From positions 1-37,714 of the forward strand of contig JAGWAA010000003.1 of the NCBI GenBank assembly GCA_018302165.1: a stretch of 37,714 nucleotides of DNA. The letters are read 5' to 3'. Shown piece by piece: positions 26,442 through 35,054 of this stretch (positions are counted from its first letter, which is position 1; the number at the start of each line of letters is the position of its first letter). The DNA comes from Candidatus Woesearchaeota archaeon. Lineage in GTDB: Archaea > Nanobdellota > Nanobdellia > SCGC-AAA011-G17 > GW2011-AR17. The position numbers and the translations under genes are program-made. A model generated the notes under the pieces. It saw nothing but the letters and a program-made list of their open reading frames with translations, searched no databases and was not told where the DNA came from.

Positions 26442-28673
26442 TCTTTGCCCAGATAACATATCTTCAAATTTTAAATTAATAAAAGATAATATAGAATCAG
26501 CAATAGGTTTGAGTTGTTTATTGATATAATGTTCATAATCATATTTTCCTTTAATCAGTTCAATAGGCTCAACTCCTTCAGTAGTATAAACATATCTAAC
26601 AATATATCCTTTAAAATTCTTCAATTTACGAGCAGCTTTAACATGTGGTGGTGTTGTTTTAGTATATTCATCCAAAGATTTCTGCAAACCTTTTTTATAC
26701 ACCAGCAAATCATCAAATTTTCCACTCTTCAAATCTTTAATAAAATTAAATACAAAATCCTCAACTTTTCTTCCCATAAAAACTCTCATCAACAAAGCTT
26801 CCTGAAATTTCTTCGCCAAAGGTGTCCAATCTCCACGCACAGCTTCCATACCAGTAATATCTAATTTCCCATCAATTAACCCTGCATATCTTTTCTTTGC
26901 ACCTTTTTCTTCTCCTCTTAAACGCGGCATTAAAAATTTTGTATAAGCTTTATCAAATTCTAAATACATAAAAGATTCAATATTATATTCATCTTTAACA
27001 TAATCTTTCAAAATTTTATTCATTTTATTTTCTAATTCTTTTCCTAATTTTTTAGGATCCTCTTTTGCAACAACAAAAACAGAATCAGTATCAGAATAAA
27101 TTACTTCATAACCCTCTTCTCTAATCCAAGAAGCCATCTTTTTAATAAAAAATCTTGCAAACGCAGTAATAGCATTAGCCAATTCTAAATTATAATATCT
27201 ACACATAGGTGAAGCCATAACTCCATAAAAAGAATTCAACAAAATCTTAATCGCATACCTTCCAGTCTCATCTTTATTTTTTTTATATTCCTCTCTAACT
27301 TCTAATAAATCCTTAATTATTACCGGCATCAACCCTTCTTCTTTAGAAAAGGTTGCACCATTTGGAGCTTTGATTCCTTTCTTACCAAAAGTTAATGGAT
27401 CAATATTAAAAGTTCTCATCAATGAAGGATACAACGATTTAAAATCCAAAACCACAATCCCATCATACAATCCTGGTTTAGATTCCATTACATATGCCCC
27501 AGTAATAGGCTCATCTTTCTCATGATGTCCAAGAGAAGGTGCAACATATCCTCTATCTCTTAATTTTTTTAAATAGATAGAATCCAAAGCTGCAATACTT
27601 CCTCTAACATTATCCAACATTAACCCAGTGAGCAAACTTCTTTTTGTATACAATGCAAGCAAATTACTTTTTTTCAAAATATTCAAAACTAACTCTGAAT
27701 CCTTCAAATTATAATAAACCAATTTTTGTTTATCCTTAATAAATAATTTTTCAATATCATTCCCCTTATCAATAAATTGCACATTTTTCCCTTCACCCAC
27801 ATAATATTGCGCAGCTGTTTCTAATTTATAATCGTTTAACTTTAAATTATTTTTAACCCAAGCCATTAAATCAACTACTTGTCTTCCTTCTGCAACAACT
27901 TTCGAAGTATCAAAAAATCCCTCTCTAATAATAAGTTTAGAAGGACTATTTATTCTTCCCAAAACAAAAGGCACTTCTAATTTTTTACATCGTTTCTGAA
28001 TAACTTTCAAATCAAAATCAATAACACTCCATCCAGTAATTAAATCTGGATCTAACTCTTTGATCAAAACAAAAAATCTTTCCAACATATCTTTTTCAGT
28101 TTTAAAATGTTCAGCAAGTTTCAAAGATTCATCTGCAACAATTAACACTTTTCTATAATCTTCCATCACCAAAGAAATACAATAAATCTCTTTTGCAGTT
28201 TTATCAGTCTCAATATCAATCGCTAGAATTTTCAAATTAATTTTTGCTTCACAATTCTTCAACTCAGGATCTCTATAAACTTTTATTCCTTCTTGATATT
28301 CAAAATCTCCTTTGACTTCAACAGCTCCCTGAATCTTGTTATCAATTAAAAATCTTTGTGCATACTTAATATCTGCCTCATAAGTCTTAATTTTTTCTCC
28401 TTCAAACTCTTTTCTAAGTTTAACAATATCAGAAGGAAGATCCTTAAAAATTTTAACAACCTTTTTCTCATCAAAAGTTTTCAATTTCACTTCTTCAAAA
28501 TCAAAATCTTCAATTTCCTGTGCTTTTTTCAAATCATTTTCTTGAACAAAAAAATAAGGTCTGAAATAATTCAAAGTCAAAAACGCTTCATTATCTTCAC
28601 TTCTACCAAACAACGCAACATAAGCTCTTCCACCAATTACTTTGTAAGTTGCATCAACGATAAACCCTTTCAT
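26424..28673 (-). CDS. polB: family B DNA polymerase
   Basis: Exo I ILAIDIETD, Exo II GWSVIDFDL, Exo III YYNLKDSEL, Pol A VLDFKSLYPS, Pol B KILLNSFYG, Pol C IYSDTDS. Confidence 0.9.
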   Translation of the reverse strand: MKGFIVDATYKVIGGRAYVALFGRSEDNEAFLTLNYFRPYFFVQENDLKKAQEIEDFDFEEVKLKTFDEKKVVKIFKDLPSDIVKLRKEFEGEKIKTYEADIKYAQRFLIDNKIQGAVEVKGDFEYQEGIKVYRDPELKNCEAKINLKILAIDIETDKTAKEIYCISLVMEDYRKVLIVADESLKLAEHFKTEKDMLERFFVLIKELDPDLITGWSVIDFDLKVIQKRCKKLEVPFVLGRINSPSKLIIREGFFDTSKVVAEGRQVVDLMAWVKNNLKLNDYKLETAAQYYVGEGKNVQFIDKGNDIEKLFIKDKQKLVYYNLKDSELVLNILKKSNLLALYTKRSLLTGLMLDNVRGSIAALDSIYLKKLRDRGYVAPSLGHHEKDEPITGAYVMESKPGLYDGIVVLDFKSLYPSLMRTFNIDPLTFGKKGIKAPNGATFSKEEGLMPVIIKDLLEVREEYKKNKDETGRYAIKILLNSFYGVMASPMCRYYNLELANAITAFARFFIKKMASWIREEGYEVIYSDTDSVFVVAKEDPKKLGKELENKMNKILKDYVKDEYNIESFMYLEFDKAYTKFLMPRLRGEEKGAKKRYAGLIDGKLDITGMEAVRGDWTPLAKKFQEALLMRVFMGRKVEDFVFNFIKDLKSGKFDDLLVYKKGLQKSLDEYTKTTPPHVKAARKLKNFKGYIVRYVYTTEGVEPIELIKGKYDYEHYINKQLKPIADSILSFINLKFEDMLSGQRSLKGF

Positions 28674-28698
28674 AACTTCCTTAAAGTTTTACCTATAT

Positions 28699-29202
28699 TT
28701 ATATCTTCACGTTAAGTAGATCTATTAAATAATCAAACTTATATTCTTGTAAAATCAAATCAGAACTATAATTTTGAATTATTTTAGAAAATTTATATCT
28801 AATTTCTTTTAAAACATCATCAAAATTACCCAAATCCTTCGCTGCAATAGTTATATCATAATCCCATTCTCCAGATATTTTAACTACATAAGTAACTTGA
28901 GGATTAGCAACAAGAAATGCTACAAATTGTTTCTCCAGAGACTCATCTAAATTATGTAATTTTATATGCACATAAGAATAGATTGGAAATCCTAAGGCTG
29001 AAGGATTTAATATAGTTGTATAAAATTTAATAACATTTAATTTTTCTAATTTATTGATACGATATGCAACACTATCTCTCTGAATTTTACTTTTCTTAGA
29101 AATTTCACTTATTGACATTCTAGCATCTTGACTTAATAATTCTAATATTTTTTTATCCTTAGAATCTAATTTTATTGAAGGACTAGAAATTATATTATTC
29201 AT
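28699..29202 (-). CDS. lrp: Lrp/AsnC-family transcriptional regulator
   Basis: LDSKDKKILELLSQDARMSISEISKKSKIQRDSVAYRINKLEKLNVI HTH plus a C-terminal RAM-like domain. Confidence 0.8.
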   Translation of the reverse strand: MNNIISSPSIKLDSKDKKILELLSQDARMSISEISKKSKIQRDSVAYRINKLEKLNVIKFYTTILNPSALGFPIYSYVHIKLHNLDESLEKQFVAFLVANPQVTYVVKISGEWDYDITIAAKDLGNFDDVLKEIRYKFSKIIQNYSSDLILQEYKFDYLIDLLNVKI

Positions 29203-29324
29203 AAGATTAAATTAGAATAAAACTATATAAATATTTCGTATTTTACGTAATTATTTGAAGAAAGTTTAATAAATAAATTACAAAACTTACTTTATTATCC
29301 AAAAGTAGTAAAGGCAAAACAAAT

Positions 29325-29711
29325 ATGAAAGAATCAATAACATTAAAGAAAGAAGAAGATAGTGAAAAATATTTATTTGAGCTTACAGTACCCTATAGAT
29401 TTTCTATAACAGAACCAGATAAAGTAATTCCTATACCATTTTCATATCTTCCTAGAGGTATCATGTATAATTCAATGGAAATAAACAAATTTATAGAAAA
29501 AACAGTTCCAATAATATTAAGAGAAATGTTAAATAAACAACCTTATGATTTAGAATATACAATAAACCCAAGACTCTTTGAAGACGATCAAAAATCATTA
29601 GATAGAAAAGTTACATTTAGATTTAATGTTTATACAGCAACAGGTAAAGTAAAATTAAAAGACCTTGAACAAAGAACTTCAACTTTATACCCATTCCATA
29701 AAACAATATAA
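29325..29711 (+). CDS. hypothetical protein
   Basis: 128-aa ORF divergent from lrp. Confidence 0.45.
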   Translation: MKESITLKKEEDSEKYLFELTVPYRFSITEPDKVIPIPFSYLPRGIMYNSMEINKFIEKTVPIILREMLNKQPYDLEYTINPRLFEDDQKSLDRKVTFRFNVYTATGKVKLKDLEQRTSTLYPFHKTI

Positions 29712-29797
29712 TTATTATTTGGAAGAGTTAGATTTATCAAAATGAAAAAATGTATTTAAATTTATGTAATTATATCAAAATATTATTTTAAAGAAGA

Positions 29798-30331
29798 TTA
29801 GATAAAGAACGACTGAATTTGCTCTATAACTAATTGAAATTGTGCATTATAATCTTCAAAAAGTTTTGAATAAGATTCAACAGAAAAAGAATAATCACCT
29901 TGATGTGCATTTCTCAAAGCTTCGTTTATTCGACTATAACTTTCAAAGAAAGATTCAGGACTAGGCAAAGAAGAATATTTTTTTCCATTAAACCTACTCG
30001 TTATAAGAAAAGATAGATCATAAGATAAAACTGTTGCTCTTAAGGGTATTTCAAGTTGTTTCCTACGAGAAGATTTTACTACTTTAACTTCAAGTTCACA
30101 ACCTAACAAAAATGCCGCAAATAATCTACTATGTCCACCATCACTTTTATCATCACCAAATATTCCATCAAAAGAAGATATAAGATAAGAATCATCATTA
30201 GGATTATGATCTAATCTTACTTCAGGAATACTATCACCATCAATCATCCCTCTCATAAGAACAACCATATTTGGAATATATCTACATTCATTATCTACAA
30301 ATACATTATTTTGACTAGGATTAAATTTCAT
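29798..30331 (-). CDS. hypothetical protein with a ParB/sulfiredoxin-like motif
   Basis: SDGGHSRLFAAFLLGCELEVKVV resembles the ParB N-domain core DGxHRxxAAxxLGxxxIxVxV. Weak, single-motif evidence. Confidence 0.35.
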   Translation of the reverse strand: MKFNPSQNNVFVDNECRYIPNMVVLMRGMIDGDSIPEVRLDHNPNDDSYLISSFDGIFGDDKSDGGHSRLFAAFLLGCELEVKVVKSSRRKQLEIPLRATVLSYDLSFLITSRFNGKKYSSLPSPESFFESYSRINEALRNAHQGDYSFSVESYSKLFEDYNAQFQLVIEQIQSFFI

Positions 30332-30363
30332 ATTAAAAAAAAGAAAATAAATACTATATAAAT

Positions 30364-32856
30364 TTATCCTGTATAACTTACCTTAGAAGTAATCTGCGCT
30401 CCACGAGCAGTCCGTATATAAGTATCCTCGATTTCTCTATACTTTTTCATATCCTGTTCTCTGATTGAACCTTTAACTTTATCTAGAGCACCTTCAAAAT
30501 GTTTCATTGCAACTTCTTTTGCATCAATATTCTCTCTTAATGCAAGCATTGCTGCCTCCCGACAAACACCTTCAATATCACTCCCAACATAATTTTGTGT
30601 ATTCGAAACTAATGCTTTGAAATCCACATCTTTTGCTAATGGCATATTTTTCTTCTCAGTATACATCTTAAATATATCTGCTCTTGCTTTCTCGTCTGGT
30701 AAAGGTGTTAATAATACTCTATCAAATCGTCCTGGTCTCAATAATGCTGGATCCAAAATATCTGGTCTGTTAGTTGCAGCAATTACAACAACATCCTTCA
30801 ATTCTTCTAGACCATCAATTTCAGTCAATAAAGTATTTACCATTCTTTCGGTTACATTATTTTCTCCACCTTGTCCTCTACGCACTGCAATCGAATCAAT
30901 CTCATCAAAGAAAATTACAGTCGGTGCAACCTGTCTTGCTTTTCTAAATATCTCACGAACACCTTTTTCTGATTCACCAACAAATTTATTCAACAACTCT
31001 GGCCCTTTAACTAAAATAAAATTAGCTTCAGATTCATATGCAACAGCTTTCGCTAATAATGTTTTTCCGCACCCTGGTGGCCCATAAAGTAACACACCCT
31101 TTGGAGGTCGTATACCCATTTGTTTGAATCTATCTGGATACTTCAATGGCCATTCAACAGCCTCGATTAACTCTTTTTTAATGGTTTCCAATCCCCCAAC
31201 ATCTTCCCAGCTTACATTCGGTATTTCCACTAATACTTCCCTCATTCCCGACGGTGCAACATTCTTCATTGCTTCTTCAAAATCTTCTGCAGAAATAGTT
31301 AGCTTTTCCAAAACTTCTTTTGACACTTGCTGACTTTCTTTCATATTAATATCTGGCAATACTCTCCTAATAACATTCAATGCAGCTTCTTTACACAATG
31401 ATGCTAAATCCGCTCCAACAAACCCATGCGTCCGTGCAGCAATCTCATTCAACATTCCTAATATCAAATAAGGTTTCAATTTTGTTTTTGCATCATTCGA
31501 TAATGAATCAAACTGCTTCTGATCATTCTTCAAAGTTTTCAAAAGTTCTTTTAACAATCTTTGAGTCTCTTTAATTTCCTCAGCCTCATTAGGTTCCTTA
31601 TTATTATTTTTCAATTCCTCAGAAACTTGCTCTAAAGCTTTTTGCAAATAATTTCTTCTCACAGGCGGCACTAATGGCATGTTCCGAGTATGAATCTTCA
31701 AAATATTCAATCTTCCTTCTTTTGTCGGCGCCCCAATTTCTATTTCCCTATCGAATCGACCAGGACGACGCAATGCAGGATCTATTGAATTAGGTCTGTT
31801 AGTTGCTGCGATTACAATAACTTTCCCTCTATCATTCATCCCATCCATCGTCGCTAACAACTGTGCAACCATCCTCTTCTCTACTTCCCCAAAACTTTCT
31901 TCTCTTTTGGAAGCAATCGCATCAATCTCATCAATGAATAATATAGCTGGCGCTTTCTTTTCCGCTTCTTCAAACTTTTCTCTTATTTTCTTCTCTGCTT
32001 CCCCAACAAACTTTGACACAACTTCAGGCCCATTAATTACTAAGAATGTTGCATCTGTTTCATTCGCTACAGCTTTCGCGAGTAATGTTTTTCCACACCC
32101 TGGCGGTCCATGTAATAGAATTCCTTTTGGCGGCTCAATCCCTAATCTCTCGAACAACTCTGGATGCTTCAATGGCAATTCCACCATCTCCCTAACTTTT
32201 TTAATTTCCTCAGTAAGCCCACCAACATCTTCATATGTTACTGACGGCACTTTCTCTTCGAACACTTCTAACGATTTTGAATTAAACTTAACCTCAGTAT
32301 TTTCAGTAATGATTACAGACCCTTTTGGAAACACATCCGCTACAACAAACCTTAATCCAGATATTCCAAACCCCCCCATAAAATCTTCTTCAAACATTTG
32401 AAAAACATCATCGAAAAATGGCGAATCAGATAAAGTACTCTTTCTTCTTCTTGTTCCACCTAATGCAATAATATCCCCTTTGACAAGCGCCCTTCCAAGA
32501 ATTCCTCTTTTGAACATCTCAGTATCTAATCTTATTGTCACCCCTTTTTGTGCAGGTGCTATAGTAACTGATTTAGATTCTTTCACATCAGCTTTTCTAA
32601 CTTTAACAAATTCTCCAATACCAGTCTTCGCATTCCTACGAAGAATCCCATCCATCCTGATTACAGTCTGCCCAATATCCGTCGGATACGCCCGATCAAC
32701 AATCCCAACAGTCCCTCTTCCCCCTTCTATCTCAATGATATCCCCTACACGAACACCAATCTCTTTCATGGTCTCAGTATCAATTCTAACAATGCCCTTG
32801 TAAGCTTCCTCTTGCAACGCTTCCATAACCTTCAAATTAATTTCTTTGTCTGCCAT
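30364..32856 (-). CDS. cdc48: CDC48/VCP-type double AAA+ ATPase
   Basis: Double-psi-barrel N-domain ([11 protein letters not shown]), two [15 protein letters not shown] Walker A motifs, Walker [10 protein letters not shown] and VIFFDEIDS, two [20 protein letters not shown] segments. Confidence 0.9.
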   Translation of the reverse strand: MADKEINLKVMEALQEEAYKGIVRIDTETMKEIGVRVGDIIEIEGGRGTVGIVDRAYPTDIGQTVIRMDGILRRNAKTGIGEFVKVRKADVKESKSVTIAPAQKGVTIRLDTEMFKRGILGRALVKGDIIALGGTRRRKSTLSDSPFFDDVFQMFEEDFMGGFGISGLRFVVADVFPKGSVIITENTEVKFNSKSLEVFEEKVPSVTYEDVGGLTEEIKKVREMVELPLKHPELFERLGIEPPKGILLHGPPGCGKTLLAKAVANETDATFLVINGPEVVSKFVGEAEKKIREKFEEAEKKAPAILFIDEIDAIASKREESFGEVEKRMVAQLLATMDGMNDRGKVIVIAATNRPNSIDPALRRPGRFDREIEIGAPTKEGRLNILKIHTRNMPLVPPVRRNYLQKALEQVSEELKNNNKEPNEAEEIKETQRLLKELLKTLKNDQKQFDSLSNDAKTKLKPYLILGMLNEIAARTHGFVGADLASLCKEAALNVIRRVLPDINMKESQQVSKEVLEKLTISAEDFEEAMKNVAPSGMREVLVEIPNVSWEDVGGLETIKKELIEAVEWPLKYPDRFKQMGIRPPKGVLLYGPPGCGKTLLAKAVAYESEANFILVKGPELLNKFVGESEKGVREIFRKARQVAPTVIFFDEIDSIAVRRGQGGENNVTERMVNTLLTEIDGLEELKDVVVIAATNRPDILDPALLRPGRFDRVLLTPLPDEKARADIFKMYTEKKNMPLAKDVDFKALVSNTQNYVGSDIEGVCREAAMLALRENIDAKEVAMKHFEGALDKVKGSIREQDMKKYREIEDTYIRTARGAQITSKVSYTG

Positions 32857-32864
32857 TTTGCCTC

Positions 32865-33209
32865 CTAGAGCACCCTTCGTATTTTTGTAAACTTCAGCAC
32901 CACTTTTCCAGGTTCATCAAGATTTAAGCTTATCACTTTTGCAGTAGATATTTCCTCGAACCTAATTATTTCCTTTGGTATAGAAACAATCCACGAATTC
33001 CCCACTTCCCTTAGCTTTACTTGAAAATCTTTATTTCTGAGTAATATATATTCTTGATAATCTCTCATATCTAATGGATGATACCATAATTTTTTACACT
33101 TAGGACAATGCCAAGCCCTGATTCTAAATCCATCTTTCGAAACTTGCGTCTTCTCTGTTTTTCCATTGCACTGATCGCACAACATCACCGAATCAAATAT
33201 ATCTTTCAT
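32865..33209 (-). CDS. zinc-ribbon plus SpoVT/AbrB-like domain protein
   Basis: CDQC...CPKC ribbon, then [13 protein letters not shown] (swapped-hairpin AbrB signature). Its TAG stop overlaps the GGAGG in front of cdc48. Confidence 0.55.
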   Translation of the reverse strand: MKDIFDSVMLCDQCNGKTEKTQVSKDGFRIRAWHCPKCKKLWYHPLDMRDYQEYILLRNKDFQVKLREVGNSWIVSIPKEIIRFEEISTAKVISLNLDEPGKVVLKFTKIRRVL

Positions 33210-33296
33210 TTTCGTATATACGGAAAAGTATACATAACTTGTATATAAATCTTGTGGCTACAAAAGTTTTAATAAAACTAATAATAATTTAATATT

Positions 33297-33440
33297 ATGT
33301 TACCATTAAAGTTTATTTTAGGGATAGTATTCATCATAGTAAGTATATTTTTATATTTAACAAAAAACGGATTTGCATATTTAATAGCAATAATTTTAGA
33401 CGCAATAAGCATAGAATTAATTTTCACAGCTGAATTCTAA
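33297..33440 (+). CDS. possible 47-aa membrane peptide (hand-found)
   Basis: ATG 33297, MLPLKFILGIVFIIVSIFLYLTKNGFAYLIAIILDAISIELIFTAEF, TAA 33438-33440 abutting repeat copy A. Confidence 0.3.
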   Translation: MLPLKFILGIVFIIVSIFLYLTKNGFAYLIAIILDAISIELIFTAEF

Positions 33441-33502
33441 CAGTTCAATCGCCACTGAGGCTCCCGAAAGATTTCCGGATTTTTCTTATAAACATTTATT
33501 AA
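33441..33502 (+). repeat. Island repeat copy A (62 bp)
   Basis: cagttcaatcgccactgaggctcccgaaagatttccggatttttcttataaacatttattaa; 59/62 identical to copy B. Confidence 0.9.
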
Positions 33503-33547
33503 ACCAACCAAAGATATATAAACTAAAAAAGTAAAAGGAGAATAAAG

Positions 33548-33793
33548 ATGGTTGAAACAATATCTCTTCAGGATTTATCATTAGAAAACAAAGAATTTTT
33601 ATTAAAAGAATTAGGCTTTGCTTCCGATGGTATTTATGTTTTAGATTCCGAAGGAGAAAAGGTAATTGACAATTATATCAACGAACCTGTAAAGATAGAT
33701 AATATGCTCATTCTTCCAGGTAGCACAATCATTATTGATAACAACCCATTAAGTATAGCCTCCTATTTACAGGGGCATCCAGATGTCTTCTGA
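33548..33793 (+). CDS. hypothetical protein (cassette 1, gene 1)
   Basis: 81-aa ORF with AAGGAG upstream; overlaps the next ORF by 11 nt. Confidence 0.5.
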   Translation: MVETISLQDLSLENKEFLLKELGFASDGIYVLDSEGEKVIDNYINEPVKIDNMLILPGSTIIIDNNPLSIASYLQGHPDVF

Positions 33794-34460
33794 TGAAATA
33801 GAAAACAATATAATCAAAGGGATAATTTTTTATAGCGAGGATAAAATAAAAGAATTAGTCAGAAAATTTCAAGAACGTGAAATAGCATTCATCCAAAAGA
33901 GAGAAACAATAGACTTAGTTAAAGAACAAATAAAAAGTGGCGAATGGAATCTTCTCAGTAAATATATTCGAAAGAATGAACTTAAAATACTTGTTCAAAT
34001 GGGCTTAACATTAAGAAGATTAGAAGACAAAAAAGACTTTAATTCATTACAAGATTTAAGAGATAAAATAGTTTACAAATTTGGTGAAGATGGCCTGCAT
34101 ATTTCTCAGTTTGTCCAAAATAAAATCTTAACTGAATTTCTCGCAAGTTACATTTCAAACCAAAGAAATTTAGAAGACTTAATTAGAAATATAGAAAAGA
34201 TATTAAATAATTTAGAAAAACAAGTTATTTTTATAAAAGCAGATGATAATGTAGATAAAATTTTAGAAAAATTAAACATAAAACTAAATGCTAATGAACC
34301 AGATTCATTTATTATTTTTGCAAAAGAATCAGCAATTAAAAATGCAGAAAAAATAAACCTTAGATTACAAAAGATTAAAGATTTTAATTATAAAATTGAA
34401 ATTAAACAAGAAAAGAGACAATTATTAATCTTAATGTTTAAGATTAAAAGTATTGATTAA
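33783..34460 (+). CDS. hypothetical helical protein (cassette 1, gene 2)
   Basis: 225-aa ORF, Lys/Glu/Ile-rich, predicted helical. No known motif. Confidence 0.5.
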   Translation: MSSDEIENNIIKGIIFYSEDKIKELVRKFQEREIAFIQKRETIDLVKEQIKSGEWNLLSKYIRKNELKILVQMGLTLRRLEDKKDFNSLQDLRDKIVYKFGEDGLHISQFVQNKILTEFLASYISNQRNLEDLIRNIEKILNNLEKQVIFIKADDNVDKILEKLNIKLNANEPDSFIIFAKESAIKNAEKINLRLQKIKDFNYKIEIKQEKRQLLILMFKIKSID

Positions 34461-34471
34461 AACTGCAAAAA

Positions 34472-34858
34472 CTACATACAATTTTTATCAGAACAATAAA
34501 TCGCTACATTCAATGCCTTAGATTTATTATAAGCATCTGTAGCAAGAGCTCTAAAATTTGGATCCATTACTTTAGTTCCGAAGAATCTATAAGCATTATG
34601 AGCATTCTCACATCTTTCCAAATAACCCTCAGCATTAAAAAGAACCCAATCCATCATCCCACCAGATCCAATAATAGGTTTTCTAACAATACAATCTAAA
34701 ACCCCGTCATTATCAACATCCAACAATTCAAGTGGATTAGCAGTTGGCCCTTCAATTATTACACTATTCCAATCAGGTATAGGAACAATTTCAATTTCTT
34801 TATCACCACTACAAGCTACCATTAAAGGTACAACAGTCAATAAGTGTCTTATATTCAT
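34472..34858 (-). CDS. hypothetical lipoprotein with a DxDxDG-like motif
   Basis: Signal peptide/lipobox VVPLMVACSG; LDVDNDGVLDC. TTTATAAA is centred ~26 nt upstream of the ATG, which suggests a leaderless mRNA. Confidence 0.5.
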   Translation of the reverse strand: MNIRHLLTVVPLMVACSGDKEIEIVPIPDWNSVIIEGPTANPLELLDVDNDGVLDCIVRKPIIGSGGMMDWVLFNAEGYLERCENAHNAYRFFGTKVMDPNFRALATDAYNKSKALNVAIYCSDKNCM

Positions 34859-34892
34859 AATCTCTGTTTTTAATAACTAATTTATAAACATT

Positions 34893-35006
34893 CCGCAGCC
34901 CTCGCGGCGACTGAGCGACTTAGCCGAAGGCTTCCTTTGATCAAACTTTAGAAAAGTTTGTACAGTTCAATCGCCACTGAGGCTACCGAAAGATTTTCGG
35001 TTTTTT
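34893..35006 (+). ncRNA. Candidate structured RNA or structured intergenic element R1 (strand uncertain)
   Basis: Locally GC-rich stretch in AT-rich DNA. Hairpins: ccgc-N7-gcgg, agcc-gaa-ggct, caaactt-tagaa-aagtttg, cag-N11-ctg, ccgaaa-gat-tttcgg followed by a T6 run. Its 3' part is repeat copy B. Confidence 0.3.
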
Positions 35007-35024
35007 CTTATAAACATTTATTAA
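34963..35024 (+). repeat. Island repeat copy B (62 bp)
   Basis: cagttcaatcgccactgaggctaccgaaagattttcggttttttcttataaacatttattaa. Confidence 0.9.
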
Positions 35025-35054
35025 TCCTAAAACATAAGATTTAAATACCAAAAA

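Noticed and set aside
26514-28715. Plus-strand ORFs 26514-26864 and 28356-28715 inside polB
   Set aside because: They are Phe/Ile/Asn-rich antisense translations; polB motifs are continuous on the minus strand.
30617-32803. Five plus-strand ORFs (30617-31087, 31124-31333, 31380-31574, 31907-32401, 32480-32803) antisense to cdc48
   Set aside because: They are low-complexity Ser/Thr/Asn/Phe-rich translations lying wholly inside a strongly supported 830-aa AAA+ gene on the other strand. These are typical shadow ORFs.
34936-34982. C/D-box sRNA in R1 (TGATCA as C box, CTGA as D box)
   Set aside because: The C-like box deviates from RUGAUGA. The 33-nt spacing cannot hold D'/C' boxes plus two guides. 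No terminal stem is present, and only one repeat copy has the C-like box.
34960-34985. tRNA T-arm or tRNA-half reading of GTTCAATC in the repeat
   Set aside because: The flanking pentamers (TACAG / GCCAC) are not complementary, and no acceptor or D-arm partner could be found on either strand.
33441-35024. Integron attC interpretation of the repeats
   Set aside because: There is no RYYYAAC/GTTRRRY core pair (GTTCAAT fails the consensus, and no inverse core lies upstream). No integron integrase is present. The cassettes carry their own promoter-like boxes and include an opposite-strand gene.
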